64,000 nt of DNA, taken from contig OZ252299.1 of NCBI GenBank assembly GCA_965250285.1, forward strand, positions 480,001-544,000, in the 5' to 3' direction. Below, piece by piece: positions 1-9,668 of this stretch. This DNA is from Myxococcota bacterium. Lineage in GTDB: Bacteria; Myxococcota_A; UBA9160; UBA4427. The notes under the pieces are model-generated. The model saw only the letters and a list, made by a program, of their open reading frames with translations. It made no database searches and was not told where the DNA came from. How positions within the stretch are numbered: position 1 is the stretch's first letter; the number at the start of each line of letters is the position of its first letter. The position numbers and the translations under genes are program-made.

Positions 1-70
1 CTGCGCCGCCTTGGTTCGGCGCGATCTGCCTTGGCCCCGCAGACCGCGATCATGAGATTCGCACTGCCCC

Positions 71-110
71 AAAAAAGAGACCGGGCGAACCCGCTTGGGT
101 TCGCCCGGTC
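71..110 (-). terminator. Rho-independent terminator of the 179-1507 gene
   Basis: Perfect 14-bp stem GACCGGGCGAACCC (79-92) / GGGTTCGCCCGGTC (97-110), 4-nt loop, followed on the - strand by TCTTTTTT (78-71); about 70 bp after the stop. Confidence 0.9.
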
Positions 111-178
111 GGTGGAACATCGGCTGACGACGGTGGCGCCGTGCGGCGCTCAGCCATCGTCTCGTGCGACGGGGCCGA

Positions 179-1507
179 TCAGGCCTCCTCGCTGCCGAAG
201 CGGTGGCGAGCCATGTAGCCACCCGCGAGGGTCAGCAGCGCGACCATGGCGGCCAGCGTCGGCCACGACGCCAGCGGCACGGCGGTCGTCGAGCCGAACT
301 TCAGGTTGAGCACCTCGAAGGCTGCGAAGTGGTTGCCCGACGGGCCACGCTCCGTGGTGCCGCCTGCGACCATGGTGATGCGACCGGCACCGAGCGCGGT
401 GCGGTTGTCGTAGCCCATGGCCGAGAGCCGCGTGGCCGGATCCAGCGAGGGGATCGGGCCGGGCGCGTTGTCGACGATCACCGTGCCGGTCGTCCAGGGC
501 ATGCCCCAGTCGTAGTTCATCGAGCCGGGCAGGGTCATCGTCTGAGCGCCGAGCGACGTGATGATGCCGCAGCCGGGCGGGCTCGGCGGTGCACCGAGGC
601 CCGAGGTGCACGGCGTGTTCAGCATGTAGTTCGAGAACACCGGGCCATCGGCGAGGGTGAGCTGGCGGAAGTTGGCGTAGCCACCGCCGGCGACCTGCTT
701 GCCGAAGTCAGGGTTGCTCGTGCCGCCGACGAGCTGGTCGAGCACGCCGTTGGCGCCGAACTTGATCGAGACCACACCGGTGTTGCGCAGCATGGCGTTC
801 ATCGTGCCGCCGAACTTGTTCGCGCCCGAGGTGTAGGCGAGGCGCGCACCGAGCGGTCCGACCGGGAACGTGCGGGTCGTCGTGATCGGTCCGAGCATCG
901 TCACGAACATCGTCGTCGTCGTGCATGCGCCGGTGGGCGGGCACCAGGTGAAGTCCGACGCCATTCGTACGCCGCCGCCGCCACCGCCCATCAGCGTCGC
1001 TGCACCGCCCATCGTCTGGATCGGATCCTGCGAGAACGCGTTGGCCTGGAAGCTGGCGAGGCCGGCCGGCACGATGCCCATCGTCGCGCCGTTGTTCGTC
1101 GAGCTGGCCACGGGCGCCGCGATGCTGAACTGCGAGGCGAGCTGGATGACCGTCGGGACGCCGTTGACGGGCACCGTCTGTCGGTTGGCCGGACCGCCGG
1201 GCAGCGAGAACGCGCCCACCGGCACCGTGAACGAAGCCGGGGCCGAGCCCATGGCGCTCACCGTGGTGATGCCGGCCGGGACGCCGCCGTTCAGCGGGCG
1301 CAGGCCGCTGACGCAGCCGTCGACCAGGCCCTGGCCCGGAAGGCAGAACACGGGACCGCCGTTGGCCGGAATGTCGACGAGCGGACCGCGATTCAGGAAC
1401 CACTCGCCCACCATCGAGAGCGGCGCCGCTGCCGCGCTCTGTGCGAAGAGCAGGCCGATAGCGAGGATGCTGCCGGCGCTCCACTTCCTCAAATTACGGG
1501 TGATCAT
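179..1507 (-). CDS. Secreted Gly/Thr/Pro-rich surface protein with IPTL-CTERM/PEP-CTERM-like C-terminal sorting signal
   Basis: Signal peptide (..LLFAQSAAA); C-terminus AVPLASWPTLAAMVALLTLAGGYMARHRF = motif, TM helix, basic residues; SD AAGGAG before ATG. Confidence 0.8.
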   Translation of the reverse strand: MITRNLRKWSAGSILAIGLLFAQSAAAAPLSMVGEWFLNRGPLVDIPANGGPVFCLPGQGLVDGCVSGLRPLNGGVPAGITTVSAMGSAPASFTVPVGAFSLPGGPANRQTVPVNGVPTVIQLASQFSIAAPVASSTNNGATMGIVPAGLASFQANAFSQDPIQTMGGAATLMGGGGGGVRMASDFTWCPPTGACTTTTMFVTMLGPITTTRTFPVGPLGARLAYTSGANKFGGTMNAMLRNTGVVSIKFGANGVLDQLVGGTSNPDFGKQVAGGGYANFRQLTLADGPVFSNYMLNTPCTSGLGAPPSPPGCGIITSLGAQTMTLPGSMNYDWGMPWTTGTVIVDNAPGPIPSLDPATRLSAMGYDNRTALGAGRITMVAGGTTERGPSGNHFAAFEVLNLKFGSTTAVPLASWPTLAAMVALLTLAGGYMARHRFGSEEA

Positions 1508-1583
1508 GACTTCTCCTTGTTCGACCGATGATGCGCCACAACGTCTCTCACGGCGCCCGATCCGAATCTCTGGGCGACTTCAG

Positions 1584-1599
1584 TGCAACCACAATGCCA
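1584..1599 (-). promoter_or_regulatory. sigma54 (-24/-12) promoter
   Basis: - strand reads TGGCATTGTGGTTGCA: exact GG-N10-GC spacing with TGGCA and TTGCA boxes, about 77 bp upstream of the 1507 start; AT-richer tract just upstream. Confidence 0.75.
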
Positions 1600-1954
1600 C
1601 TTATTTCTCTCTCTGACTGCAAGAACTTCCCCTTATTCGACAAAGACTTACGCCGGGTCCGACGATGCGAATAGTGCGTCCCGGTCCGCCAAAACGGGGT
1701 GTTCTGCGCCGCTGGCTTGCCGTGGCGGCGAAGCCGCACAGAATGCTCAACGAGTTCGGGTGGTTCGGGCCCGATCTGCCGGTGTGCGGAGGTGGTGCAG
1801 AACGCACCGCTTGGGGCGATGCGCTCCACCCGACCTTGGTCTCTTTTTCCTAAGGAAGTCAACCAGATACGTCGGTCCCGACGCTGATCGGAGCGAGCTC
1901 GGACCCATCTCCTGTGGCACGGCCGCACGAGGCCCGGTGCTAAGCTGCGCCGCC

Positions 1955-3217
1955 ATGTCGAAGCGAGCCTCGAACAGTCTATGGAGCGTCGTCGTCCTGG
2001 TGGCCGGTGTGTTCATCGGTGTGGGCATCGCTCATCAGGTCTGGGGCCCGGGCAGCGAGTGGTCGTCCGGGATGGATCTGCCGACCCCGCGCAGCAAGGC
2101 GGTGCCCGAGCCCTTCGTGCTGCCCGGCCTGGCCGGCGACGTGCGCGAGGTGCTGCTCGAACCCGACACCTTCCTTCGCACCGAACAGCTGGCCCGCCTC
2201 TTCAGCGAACTCGGCCCAGATGCGCTCGAAGACGTGCGGTCTGCGTACGACAGCGTGTTGCTCGACACCGGTGATACCGAGCTCGTGCTCTTCGGCGAGT
2301 GGTGGGCCGGCTTCGCGCCGCGCGATGCACTCGACTGGACCGAGGCCAACTGGAATGCCCGCCAGTCGATCCCAGTCATCCGCGGGATCATGCGCGCGTG
2401 GGGGCGCACCGACCCGCGCTTCGCGATCCAGGCGGCGACGATGGCGGCGCCGAACGATGCCCAGCGGCGGCTCTGGGTCGACTACGTGCTGCGCGGCTGG
2501 GACGAGTCGGTCATCGATGGCGCTCTGTCGTACGCCAAAGCACTGGGACATGGCCCTGAACGCCAGTGGGCTCTGACCGTGCTGATCCGCCGCCGCGTGA
2601 TGCGCGACGGGCCCGCCGACGTCATCGCCTGGGCCGAATCGCTTCCCGACCGCGACGATGACCAAACGTTCAAGCTGAACGTCTATCGGCGCGTCGCGGG
2701 GGCCGTCGCCGAGGTCGACACCGACCTGGCTCGGGCGTTCGTCGACCGGCACATGGAGGGTCGGTACGGTCATCGACTGCCCGAACGCCTGGGCTCGAGG
2801 TGGGTGCTGCGAGAACCCGAAGCCGCGATGGCGTGGGCCGTATCCCTGCCGCCCGGGGAGGCCCGCGATGAGACCGTGCTCGAGACCTATCGCGCCTGGC
2901 TCGCCTGGGATCGTCCGGCCGCGCAGGCCTGGGTGCAGGCGCAGCCTGCTGATCGCCCGATCGAAGGCGCGGTCGCGCTCTATGCGCGCAGCATCAGCCT
3001 GGTCGATCCGCCCGCCGCGCTCGATCTCGCGATGGGGCTCACCAGCGAGAAGCTGAGGATGCAGACGGTGGGCAAGATCGCGCGACAGTGGTACCTGCGC
3101 GAGCCCGAGGCCGCTGATGCGTGGCTCGCCAGCTCTGGGCTGCCGGAAGATTTCGTGCGCAAGGTTCGGATCGTGCCCGACAATCCGCGCGTGCGAAAAG
3201 CACTCGGCAAGACCTGA
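1955..3217 (+). CDS. Membrane-anchored alpha-helical repeat hypothetical protein
   Basis: N-terminal TM (WSVVVLVAGVFIGVGIA); recurring W..xDPxAAxxW units; start chosen at ATG 1955 within ORF 1583-3217. Confidence 0.7.
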   Translation: MSKRASNSLWSVVVLVAGVFIGVGIAHQVWGPGSEWSSGMDLPTPRSKAVPEPFVLPGLAGDVREVLLEPDTFLRTEQLARLFSELGPDALEDVRSAYDSVLLDTGDTELVLFGEWWAGFAPRDALDWTEANWNARQSIPVIRGIMRAWGRTDPRFAIQAATMAAPNDAQRRLWVDYVLRGWDESVIDGALSYAKALGHGPERQWALTVLIRRRVMRDGPADVIAWAESLPDRDDDQTFKLNVYRRVAGAVAEVDTDLARAFVDRHMEGRYGHRLPERLGSRWVLREPEAAMAWAVSLPPGEARDETVLETYRAWLAWDRPAAQAWVQAQPADRPIEGAVALYARSISLVDPPAALDLAMGLTSEKLRMQTVGKIARQWYLREPEAADAWLASSGLPEDFVRKVRIVPDNPRVRKALGKT

Positions 3218-3263
3218 TTTCGATCTCTGCGTCGACGATGCTCGCGTCGAGGGGCGCTGCTTC

Positions 3264-5477
3264 TCAGGGTCGGGCCTTCGCCTGGCGCTCTGCGTCGAAG
3301 TAGCTCGCGGTTCGCAACAGCGTCTGTACGCGCATCGAATCGCGCGCATCGGGATCGGCTTCGATGAGCTTCTGCGCGAGCGCTCCAGCTTCGGCCGCCG
3401 CATAGGGGTCTCGCTCGAGCGACGCCTCGAGCAGCCTGAGCTCGGCTTCGCCCCGATCCCCAGCCTGCGCCAGCTCGATCGCTTCGTGGAGCGCCGTCTG
3501 GTCGGTCGAGTCGGCGGCTGCAGCGCGCCCATAGAGCGCGAGGGCCTCGTCGATCTTGCCGGCCTGCCCCTCGAGGCGCGCGAGGCCGATCAGCGCGACG
3601 AAGCTCTCGGGATCGAGCGCGATGGCGCGTTCGAACTCGGGCCGCGCCTGTTCGGGCTCGACCGCGGTCTCGGCGATCACGTACCCGCGCAATGCGTGCA
3701 GATGCGCAGCACTGCCCGCGACCTTTGCGGCGCGGTCGACCTGGGCCAACGCGTCGCTCGCGCGCCCGAGCGCGACGAGGTCGCGAATGACGCTCTCGAG
3801 CGCCGGGGCATTGTTCGGGGCCGTGAGGTCGAGGTTCTGCGCGCCGGTCACCTCGCGCAGCCCCGCCTCGGCGCCCGCGCGCGTTCGCGCCCCGCGCGCG
3901 CGCGCCGCAACCGCCTGGGGAAGGTGTTCGGGCTGCTGGATCAAGCTTCGAGACGCTTCTCCGATCATCACGGGCTGGCCGAGCATGGCGAGCAGCTCGA
4001 TCTCGAGCAGCGTGCGATCGAGTGAGTCCGAGCCCGCTTCGGCGGCCTGGTGCCGAACCACCTCGAGCGCCACCGAGGGCTGGCCCGTTGCGAGGTAAAG
4101 GCGCGCGAGCCGCAAGCGTGCATCGGTGGCGCTCGGTTCGGCGCGAATCGAGTATCGATACTCCTCGATCGCCCGATCGAAGTCGCCGAGCTGTTCGGCC
4201 GCGAGCCCCGCGTAGTAGCGCGCCACGGCGTTCGCGGGCCAGAGCTTGAAGCCCTCCTCGAAGTGGGCCAGCGCTTCGGCCGGCTCGCCGCGTTCGAGAG
4301 CGACTCGGCCACGGATCAGCTCGCGGTGACTCGGGAGATTCATCCGTTCGGTCAGCGCGAGCGCGTCGTCGTAGCGCTCTGCGGTCACGAGGGTGTCGGC
4401 GTACGCAAAGAGGAACGTCGGCCCCGGCTCGGAGATCAGAGCGAGCGTGCTCTCGAAGTGGGTGATCGCCTCGTCGAGTCGATCTCGTTCGAAGTAGTAC
4501 CCAGCGAGATCGGAGTGGGCGATGGCCGCGAGGGCCGGACTCGCTGCGTTGGTCGCCTGGACGAGGATCTCCTCGGCTTGGTTGTCTTCGCCCGCGAGTC
4601 CGAGCCGGTACACGAGCGACATGCGATACGTGCGGACGTTCGGCATCGCCTCGTAGGCGCCGCGCAGAATCTCGAGCGACCGCTCGGGCTCGCCCGCTGC
4701 GTCGAAGAAGCGAACGGCGCCGTCGAGAATCGTGAAGTTCGTAGGGAATCGTTCGAGGCACTCCTCGAACACCTCGCGTGCCTTGTCGGCCTCGCCCTGC
4801 TCCTCGGCGAAGCCCGCGCGCACCGCGCAGAAGTCGGGTGAGCCCGCCAGCCCGAGGCCGGCTTCGTCGAAGTGCTCGGACGTCGAGGCGATCGCCTCCC
4901 TGGCTTCCTCGATCCGGTCGAGACCCAGCAGCGCCACACCGCGCAGAATCAGGCCATCGCTGTTTTCGGGATCGATCTCGAGGATGCGATCGGCGTCGGC
5001 GAGCGCGCCCTCGTAGTCGCGTCGGCTCTGGGCGCGCGCAAAGGCCCGAATGCCCAGGGCCTGCACATCGTCGGGTTGCTCGTCGATCAACGGGTCGAGC
5101 AGACCCGTCGCCATGTCCCAGTCGGCCGTTCCGACGGCCATCCGCGCGAGCTGAAGTGTGGCGGGGGTCTTCCATTCGGGGTCTTCGGCCGCACGACGCA
5201 AGGGCCAGATGGCTTCGGTGAGCCGCGAGGTCGACGAAAGCGCCATGCCGTAGAGGAACTGGGCCTCGCTGTCCTCTGGGTGCTGATCGAGGTAGGTGCG
5301 AAGCGGTTCGAGCGAAGCTGCGAACGCACCGCGCGCCTGATGCTGCTTGGCTTCGGCAAGCGGGTCGGGGCCGCATGCGGTCGACAAGACCGCGAGAATG
5401 CAGAACGCGACGAAGAGGATCCCCTGCCGATGCGTTGCGCACCGAGGGGGAGACGGCCGGGCGTGGGTCTTGGGCAT
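3264..5477 (-). CDS. Tetratricopeptide-repeat protein, possible lipoprotein (PrsT-like architecture)
   Basis: Many TPR units (e.g. ARYYAGLAAEQLGDFDRAIEEYRYSIRAEP); hydrophobic stretch ending STACG; start at ATG 5477. Confidence 0.85.
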   Translation of the reverse strand: MPKTHARPSPPRCATHRQGILFVAFCILAVLSTACGPDPLAEAKQHQARGAFAASLEPLRTYLDQHPEDSEAQFLYGMALSSTSRLTEAIWPLRRAAEDPEWKTPATLQLARMAVGTADWDMATGLLDPLIDEQPDDVQALGIRAFARAQSRRDYEGALADADRILEIDPENSDGLILRGVALLGLDRIEEAREAIASTSEHFDEAGLGLAGSPDFCAVRAGFAEEQGEADKAREVFEECLERFPTNFTILDGAVRFFDAAGEPERSLEILRGAYEAMPNVRTYRMSLVYRLGLAGEDNQAEEILVQATNAASPALAAIAHSDLAGYYFERDRLDEAITHFESTLALISEPGPTFLFAYADTLVTAERYDDALALTERMNLPSHRELIRGRVALERGEPAEALAHFEEGFKLWPANAVARYYAGLAAEQLGDFDRAIEEYRYSIRAEPSATDARLRLARLYLATGQPSVALEVVRHQAAEAGSDSLDRTLLEIELLAMLGQPVMIGEASRSLIQQPEHLPQAVAARARGARTRAGAEAGLREVTGAQNLDLTAPNNAPALESVIRDLVALGRASDALAQVDRAAKVAGSAAHLHALRGYVIAETAVEPEQARPEFERAIALDPESFVALIGLARLEGQAGKIDEALALYGRAAAADSTDQTALHEAIELAQAGDRGEAELRLLEASLERDPYAAAEAGALAQKLIEADPDARDSMRVQTLLRTASYFDAERQAKARP

Positions 5478-5560
5478 GACGCCGGAGGCTAGCACCGGGC
5501 GACGCGAGCGGTCGGCACGCACGTCGGGCGGGCGCGACGCTGCGCTAGTCTCGCCGCCCT

Positions 5561-6988
5561 ATGGCCGATTCGAACTCGATCCTCAACAAGAGATGGCCGT
5601 GGCTCACGATGGCCGCACTGGTCGTCGTAGCGTACGCGGCATTCGTCATCGACGTCGAGGTGATCCCGACCGACGACCGCCCGGTCGGTACGGTCGCCGA
5701 CATCGAGGCGCTGGCCGAGCGCGATGATCTGAACGTGCTGTTCATCTTGATCGACACCCTTCGGGCGGATCGACTGAGCAGCTGGGGCTATGAGCGGCCC
5801 ACGAGCCCGACGCTCGACCGCATCGCGAACAACGGCGTGCGCTTCTCGCGCCACGTCGCTCAGTCATCTTGGACGAAGTGCTCGATGGCGAGCCTGTGGA
5901 CGGGTCTGTTCCCGTCTCGAACCGGCGTCACGCGCTTCGATCACGTGTTGTCGGACGAAGCGCAGCTGCCGGCCGAGATTCTACGCGAAGCGGGCTTTCG
6001 AACCGCTGGGCTCTTTCGCAACGGCTGGGTCGAGAACTACTTCGGCTTCGGTCAGGGCTTCGAGGTCTACACGAAGCCCGTGGCCGAGCCGCGAGCCGAG
6101 AAGGTGAAGCGCGAGAATCCGACGCTGTCGAATGCCGGCACCGACATGTCGGCCGTCTACGGCGCTGAAGAGTTTCTTCGCACGTACGGCGACGAGCGCT
6201 GGTTTCTCTATCTGCACCTGATGGATCTTCACGAGTATCTCTACGACGAAGACTCGGCGCTCTTCGGCACGTCGTACTCAGACGTGTACGACAACTCGAT
6301 TCGTCGTACCGATACGATCATCGAACGCATCTATGAGCTGCTGATGCGGGGCGGGTACCTCGAGAACACGATCGTCATCATCGCTTCGGATCACGGCGAG
6401 GCGTTCAGCGAGCGTGGTTACGAGGGGCACGCGCGTTTCGTCTACAAAGAGACGACCCACGTTCCGATGATCGTCAGCCTTCCGTTCAAGCTCGATCCCG
6501 GCGTCGTCGTCGAGAACGTGACTCGAAACGTCGACATCTGGCCGACGGTGCTCGATCTGATCGGGCTGTCGGGCATGGAAGACGTCGATGGGGCATCGCG
6601 CCGCGGCGCGATCCTCGCCGCGGCGCGCGGCGAAGCGGCAGCACCCGAAGCCGACGTCGAAGGGGAGGGGTGGGCCCACCTCGATCGCACCTGGGGGCGC
6701 AAGGGGGTCGAAGAAGCGCCGACCGTGTCGGTGGTCGATGGTGGCTACCGATACGTGCGCTTGCCCGAGAAGGATGGAACGTATACCGAGGAGCTCTTCG
6801 ACCTCGGTGGAGACGTGGCCGAGCTGACGAGCATCGACGCAGAGAACCCCGAAGTGACGAAGCGGATGCGCGAGATGGCCGACGGATACCTCGGTCAGGA
6901 GCCGCCCTGGAGCTCGGAAGCGCCGAGCCTCGAGATGGACGAGATGCAGCTTCGCCAGCTGCGCGCGCTCGGCTACAAGGTGCCCTGA
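5561..6988 (+). CDS. Sulfatase-like hydrolase/transferase (alkaline phosphatase superfamily), N-terminal TM anchor
   Basis: LIDTLRAD, SSWTKCSMASLWTG, HLMDLHE, SDHGE, HVP, DIWPT motifs; C-terminal LRALGY. Confidence 0.9.
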   Translation: MADSNSILNKRWPWLTMAALVVVAYAAFVIDVEVIPTDDRPVGTVADIEALAERDDLNVLFILIDTLRADRLSSWGYERPTSPTLDRIANNGVRFSRHVAQSSWTKCSMASLWTGLFPSRTGVTRFDHVLSDEAQLPAEILREAGFRTAGLFRNGWVENYFGFGQGFEVYTKPVAEPRAEKVKRENPTLSNAGTDMSAVYGAEEFLRTYGDERWFLYLHLMDLHEYLYDEDSALFGTSYSDVYDNSIRRTDTIIERIYELLMRGGYLENTIVIIASDHGEAFSERGYEGHARFVYKETTHVPMIVSLPFKLDPGVVVENVTRNVDIWPTVLDLIGLSGMEDVDGASRRGAILAAARGEAAAPEADVEGEGWAHLDRTWGRKGVEEAPTVSVVDGGYRYVRLPEKDGTYTEELFDLGGDVAELTSIDAENPEVTKRMREMADGYLGQEPPWSSEAPSLEMDEMQLRQLRALGYKVP

Positions 6989-6998
6989 GAGAAGCGCA

Positions 6999-9668
6999 TC
7001 AGAAGCGGATCGTGATGTCCGCGCCGCCGGTTCGCGGTTCGCCCACGAAGTTGATGACGGTGGCCGCGAAGATTCTCGCGTCGAACGCGAACGTCTTGTA
7101 TCGCGTGTCGGTGAGGTTCCGCACCCAGCCCGCGACTTCCAGCATGCCGTCGGGCGTCGTGTACGCGAAGCGCAGGTTGTGAACCGTATAGGCCGCCTGC
7201 CCGATCGTGAAGTCGGGCAGCGTTTCCGACAGCGAGTTCTCGATCCCGCGACCTTCATTCGGGCCGAAGGACACATCGTCGCTCCAGGCGACGTCGTAGC
7301 GCGGTGTGAACGTGCCTCGACCGCCCAGGTCGAAGGGCCACTGGACGACGGCGCTGACCTTGAACTTGGGTGAGTTCGGGAGTCGGTTCCCCGCGTAGTT
7401 CACTTCCTGCTGGAACGGAGTGAACGTGCTTTGGTCGATCCGCTCGATCAGGTTCGTGAAGTCGAGGAACTGGCTCTCGAGCCAGCCGAATCGAAAGGTC
7501 AGGTCGAGCCCCCACAGCTCCTCGGGGACGATCGCTACGTCTTGAAGCGGGACGACGTTGAGGTCGAGTTCGACGCCGTACTGCTCTGCGTCGTTCGCAT
7601 TGACGATCTCGAGGATCGGGGCGTCGGCCACCGCAGGCTCGAACAAGAAGAGCTGGTAGTCCTTGTACTTGTAGTAGAAGAACGCCGCACTCGCGGAGAC
7701 CCGGGACTCGAACCACGAGCCGCGGGCCCCGACCTCGATCGAGTCGATGGTCTCGGGCCGCGCCGGCAGTTCGGGCTCGCCGGGCAGATTCGGGCGATTG
7801 GCGTTGAAGTGCCCGCCCTTCCAACCGCGCGTGTACTTGGCGTAGGTCGCCACGTCGGGAGTCAGTCGATACGTCAGGCTGACGAGGCCGGTCGGAGCCG
7901 TCCACGTCTCGGTCTGCGGGATCGCGGTCTCGACGATGCCGTTGTCCCGATTGACCTGCGTGAGGTCGAAGCTCTTCCGCTCCCAGTTGTACCGGACGCC
8001 CGCATCCAGCGTGAGATCTTCGAAGAAGTCGTACCCGAACCCGCCGTAGAACGCGAAGCTCCACAGATCCTGGGCGAAGGACCGGTCGAAGTCGGCCGCT
8101 GGGACGTACGTGAATAGAGAGATGTCGGAGCGGAGCTGCTCCATCAGGTAGTAGCCGCCGAGCTCCCACCGGAAGGTGCCGACATCGCTCTCGCCGGTCG
8201 CCTTGAGCTCCTGGTAGTACTGCCAGGCGTTGTCCGACTGCACCTGCTCGAAGAGCACGTCCGACGTGAAGTCGTTGTCGATGTCGCGGAACCGGTCGTA
8301 CTCGTCGTACGCCGACACGTTCTCGAGGTTCACGGTGCCCACCAGCGGGACCCCGTCGAACACCATGAAACCCCGCAGCGAAGAGCCGAACGAGGTGCGG
8401 CGGGTCTGACCGACGCGGTTGTAGTCGCCGCGATACGGCCGGATGTCGAGGGGGCGACCGCTGGCCAGATTGTTGGCGAGCGTCTCGCGTGCCAGCGCCG
8501 GGTCTTGGAGCTGCTGGAGCAGCGCATCGAACTCGTCCTGCTGATCGGGCTCGACATAGCCTCGGACGGTCGATCCGCCGAGGGACGGCGACGTACCCAT
8601 CGCCTGGCCCAGCGTGCTCAGCTGATCGAGGACGCCGCCGCGGAAGCCGAGCGTCCAATCCATGTCGAGCAGGTCGGGCTGGAACCGGAGCAGGGCGCGC
8701 GCGGCCCAGTCGCCCTGATCGCCGACCTCGGCCGGCAGGCCCTCGGCGATGGGCGAGACCTCGCCTCGGGGCCATGTGTTGAGGTCGCGCTCGCCGCAGA
8801 TGGCCGCTTCGTCCTCGTTGGGATTGAAGATGCCACCGCGCGGAATGCGGTCTTCAAAGGGGATCGCGTTGCCGCAGCCGTTGACCTGAAAGGGGTCGGC
8901 GTAGCGCGCGCGAAACGAGAATCGTGCCGAGAGGAGGTCTTCCAGGAGCGGGATCTCGAGGGCTCCGGTGTAGTCCTGGATCAGCTTGCCGCTCAGGGTG
9001 TCGCCGCTTGCGTACGTTCCGAAGCTCGACTTGAAGTTGGCGGTGAGCTCGCCGGTCGGCAGCCGCGAGTCGATGCGGATCGCGCCGGCGGTCGCATTGC
9101 GTGCGCTGCCGGCGCCCTGCGGACCACGCTCCACCGAGACGCCCTGGGCGTCGAAGAGGCCGACGAGCTGAATCGCGGTCGAGTTGAGCGGGACACCATC
9201 TTGGAAGATGGCGACTGCGCTCGACGAGTTCGCGCTGAAGTCAGCGAGGCCGACGCCGCGAATGAAGAAGTTCGCCTGGGTCGCGTCGCCCTGACGAATC
9301 TCGAGGTTGGGCGTGATCTTCGAAAGGTCGGTGACGTCGACGGCGCCCATCGCATCGAGCTCGGCGTTGTCGAACTGCACGGTCGACTCCGCCGCGTCGA
9401 CCTCGAGCGTCTGACCCGCCGAACCCGTCACCGTCAGCTCTTCGAGCTCGCCCCAGCGCTCTTCGAAGTCGATGTCGTCTTCGGCCAGGTCGTCTTCTTC
9501 GAAGTCGTCTGCTTCGGGGTCGTCTTCGTCGTCGCCCTCGCGCTCATAGGCGTCGAAGTCGAAGTCGAGGTCGTCGCTCTCGGCCTCTGCTTCGGCCGTC
9601 TGGCTGGCGGCGGGCAGCGCGATCGCGCACGCGGCGACCGCAAACAGCGCGATGGTGAGCCAGCGCAT
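6999..9668 (-). CDS. TonB-dependent outer membrane receptor
   Basis: Signal peptide MRWLTIALFAVAACAIALPAASQ; TonB-box-like EELTVTG; plug motifs IRGVG and VERGPQG; NLTD and C-terminal ITIRF. Confidence 0.92.
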   Translation of the reverse strand: MRWLTIALFAVAACAIALPAASQTAEAEAESDDLDFDFDAYEREGDDEDDPEADDFEEDDLAEDDIDFEERWGELEELTVTGSAGQTLEVDAAESTVQFDNAELDAMGAVDVTDLSKITPNLEIRQGDATQANFFIRGVGLADFSANSSSAVAIFQDGVPLNSTAIQLVGLFDAQGVSVERGPQGAGSARNATAGAIRIDSRLPTGELTANFKSSFGTYASGDTLSGKLIQDYTGALEIPLLEDLLSARFSFRARYADPFQVNGCGNAIPFEDRIPRGGIFNPNEDEAAICGERDLNTWPRGEVSPIAEGLPAEVGDQGDWAARALLRFQPDLLDMDWTLGFRGGVLDQLSTLGQAMGTSPSLGGSTVRGYVEPDQQDEFDALLQQLQDPALARETLANNLASGRPLDIRPYRGDYNRVGQTRRTSFGSSLRGFMVFDGVPLVGTVNLENVSAYDEYDRFRDIDNDFTSDVLFEQVQSDNAWQYYQELKATGESDVGTFRWELGGYYLMEQLRSDISLFTYVPAADFDRSFAQDLWSFAFYGGFGYDFFEDLTLDAGVRYNWERKSFDLTQVNRDNGIVETAIPQTETWTAPTGLVSLTYRLTPDVATYAKYTRGWKGGHFNANRPNLPGEPELPARPETIDSIEVGARGSWFESRVSASAAFFYYKYKDYQLFLFEPAVADAPILEIVNANDAEQYGVELDLNVVPLQDVAIVPEELWGLDLTFRFGWLESQFLDFTNLIERIDQSTFTPFQQEVNYAGNRLPNSPKFKVSAVVQWPFDLGGRGTFTPRYDVAWSDDVSFGPNEGRGIENSLSETLPDFTIGQAAYTVHNLRFAYTTPDGMLEVAGWVRNLTDTRYKTFAFDARIFAATVINFVGEPRTGGADITIRF

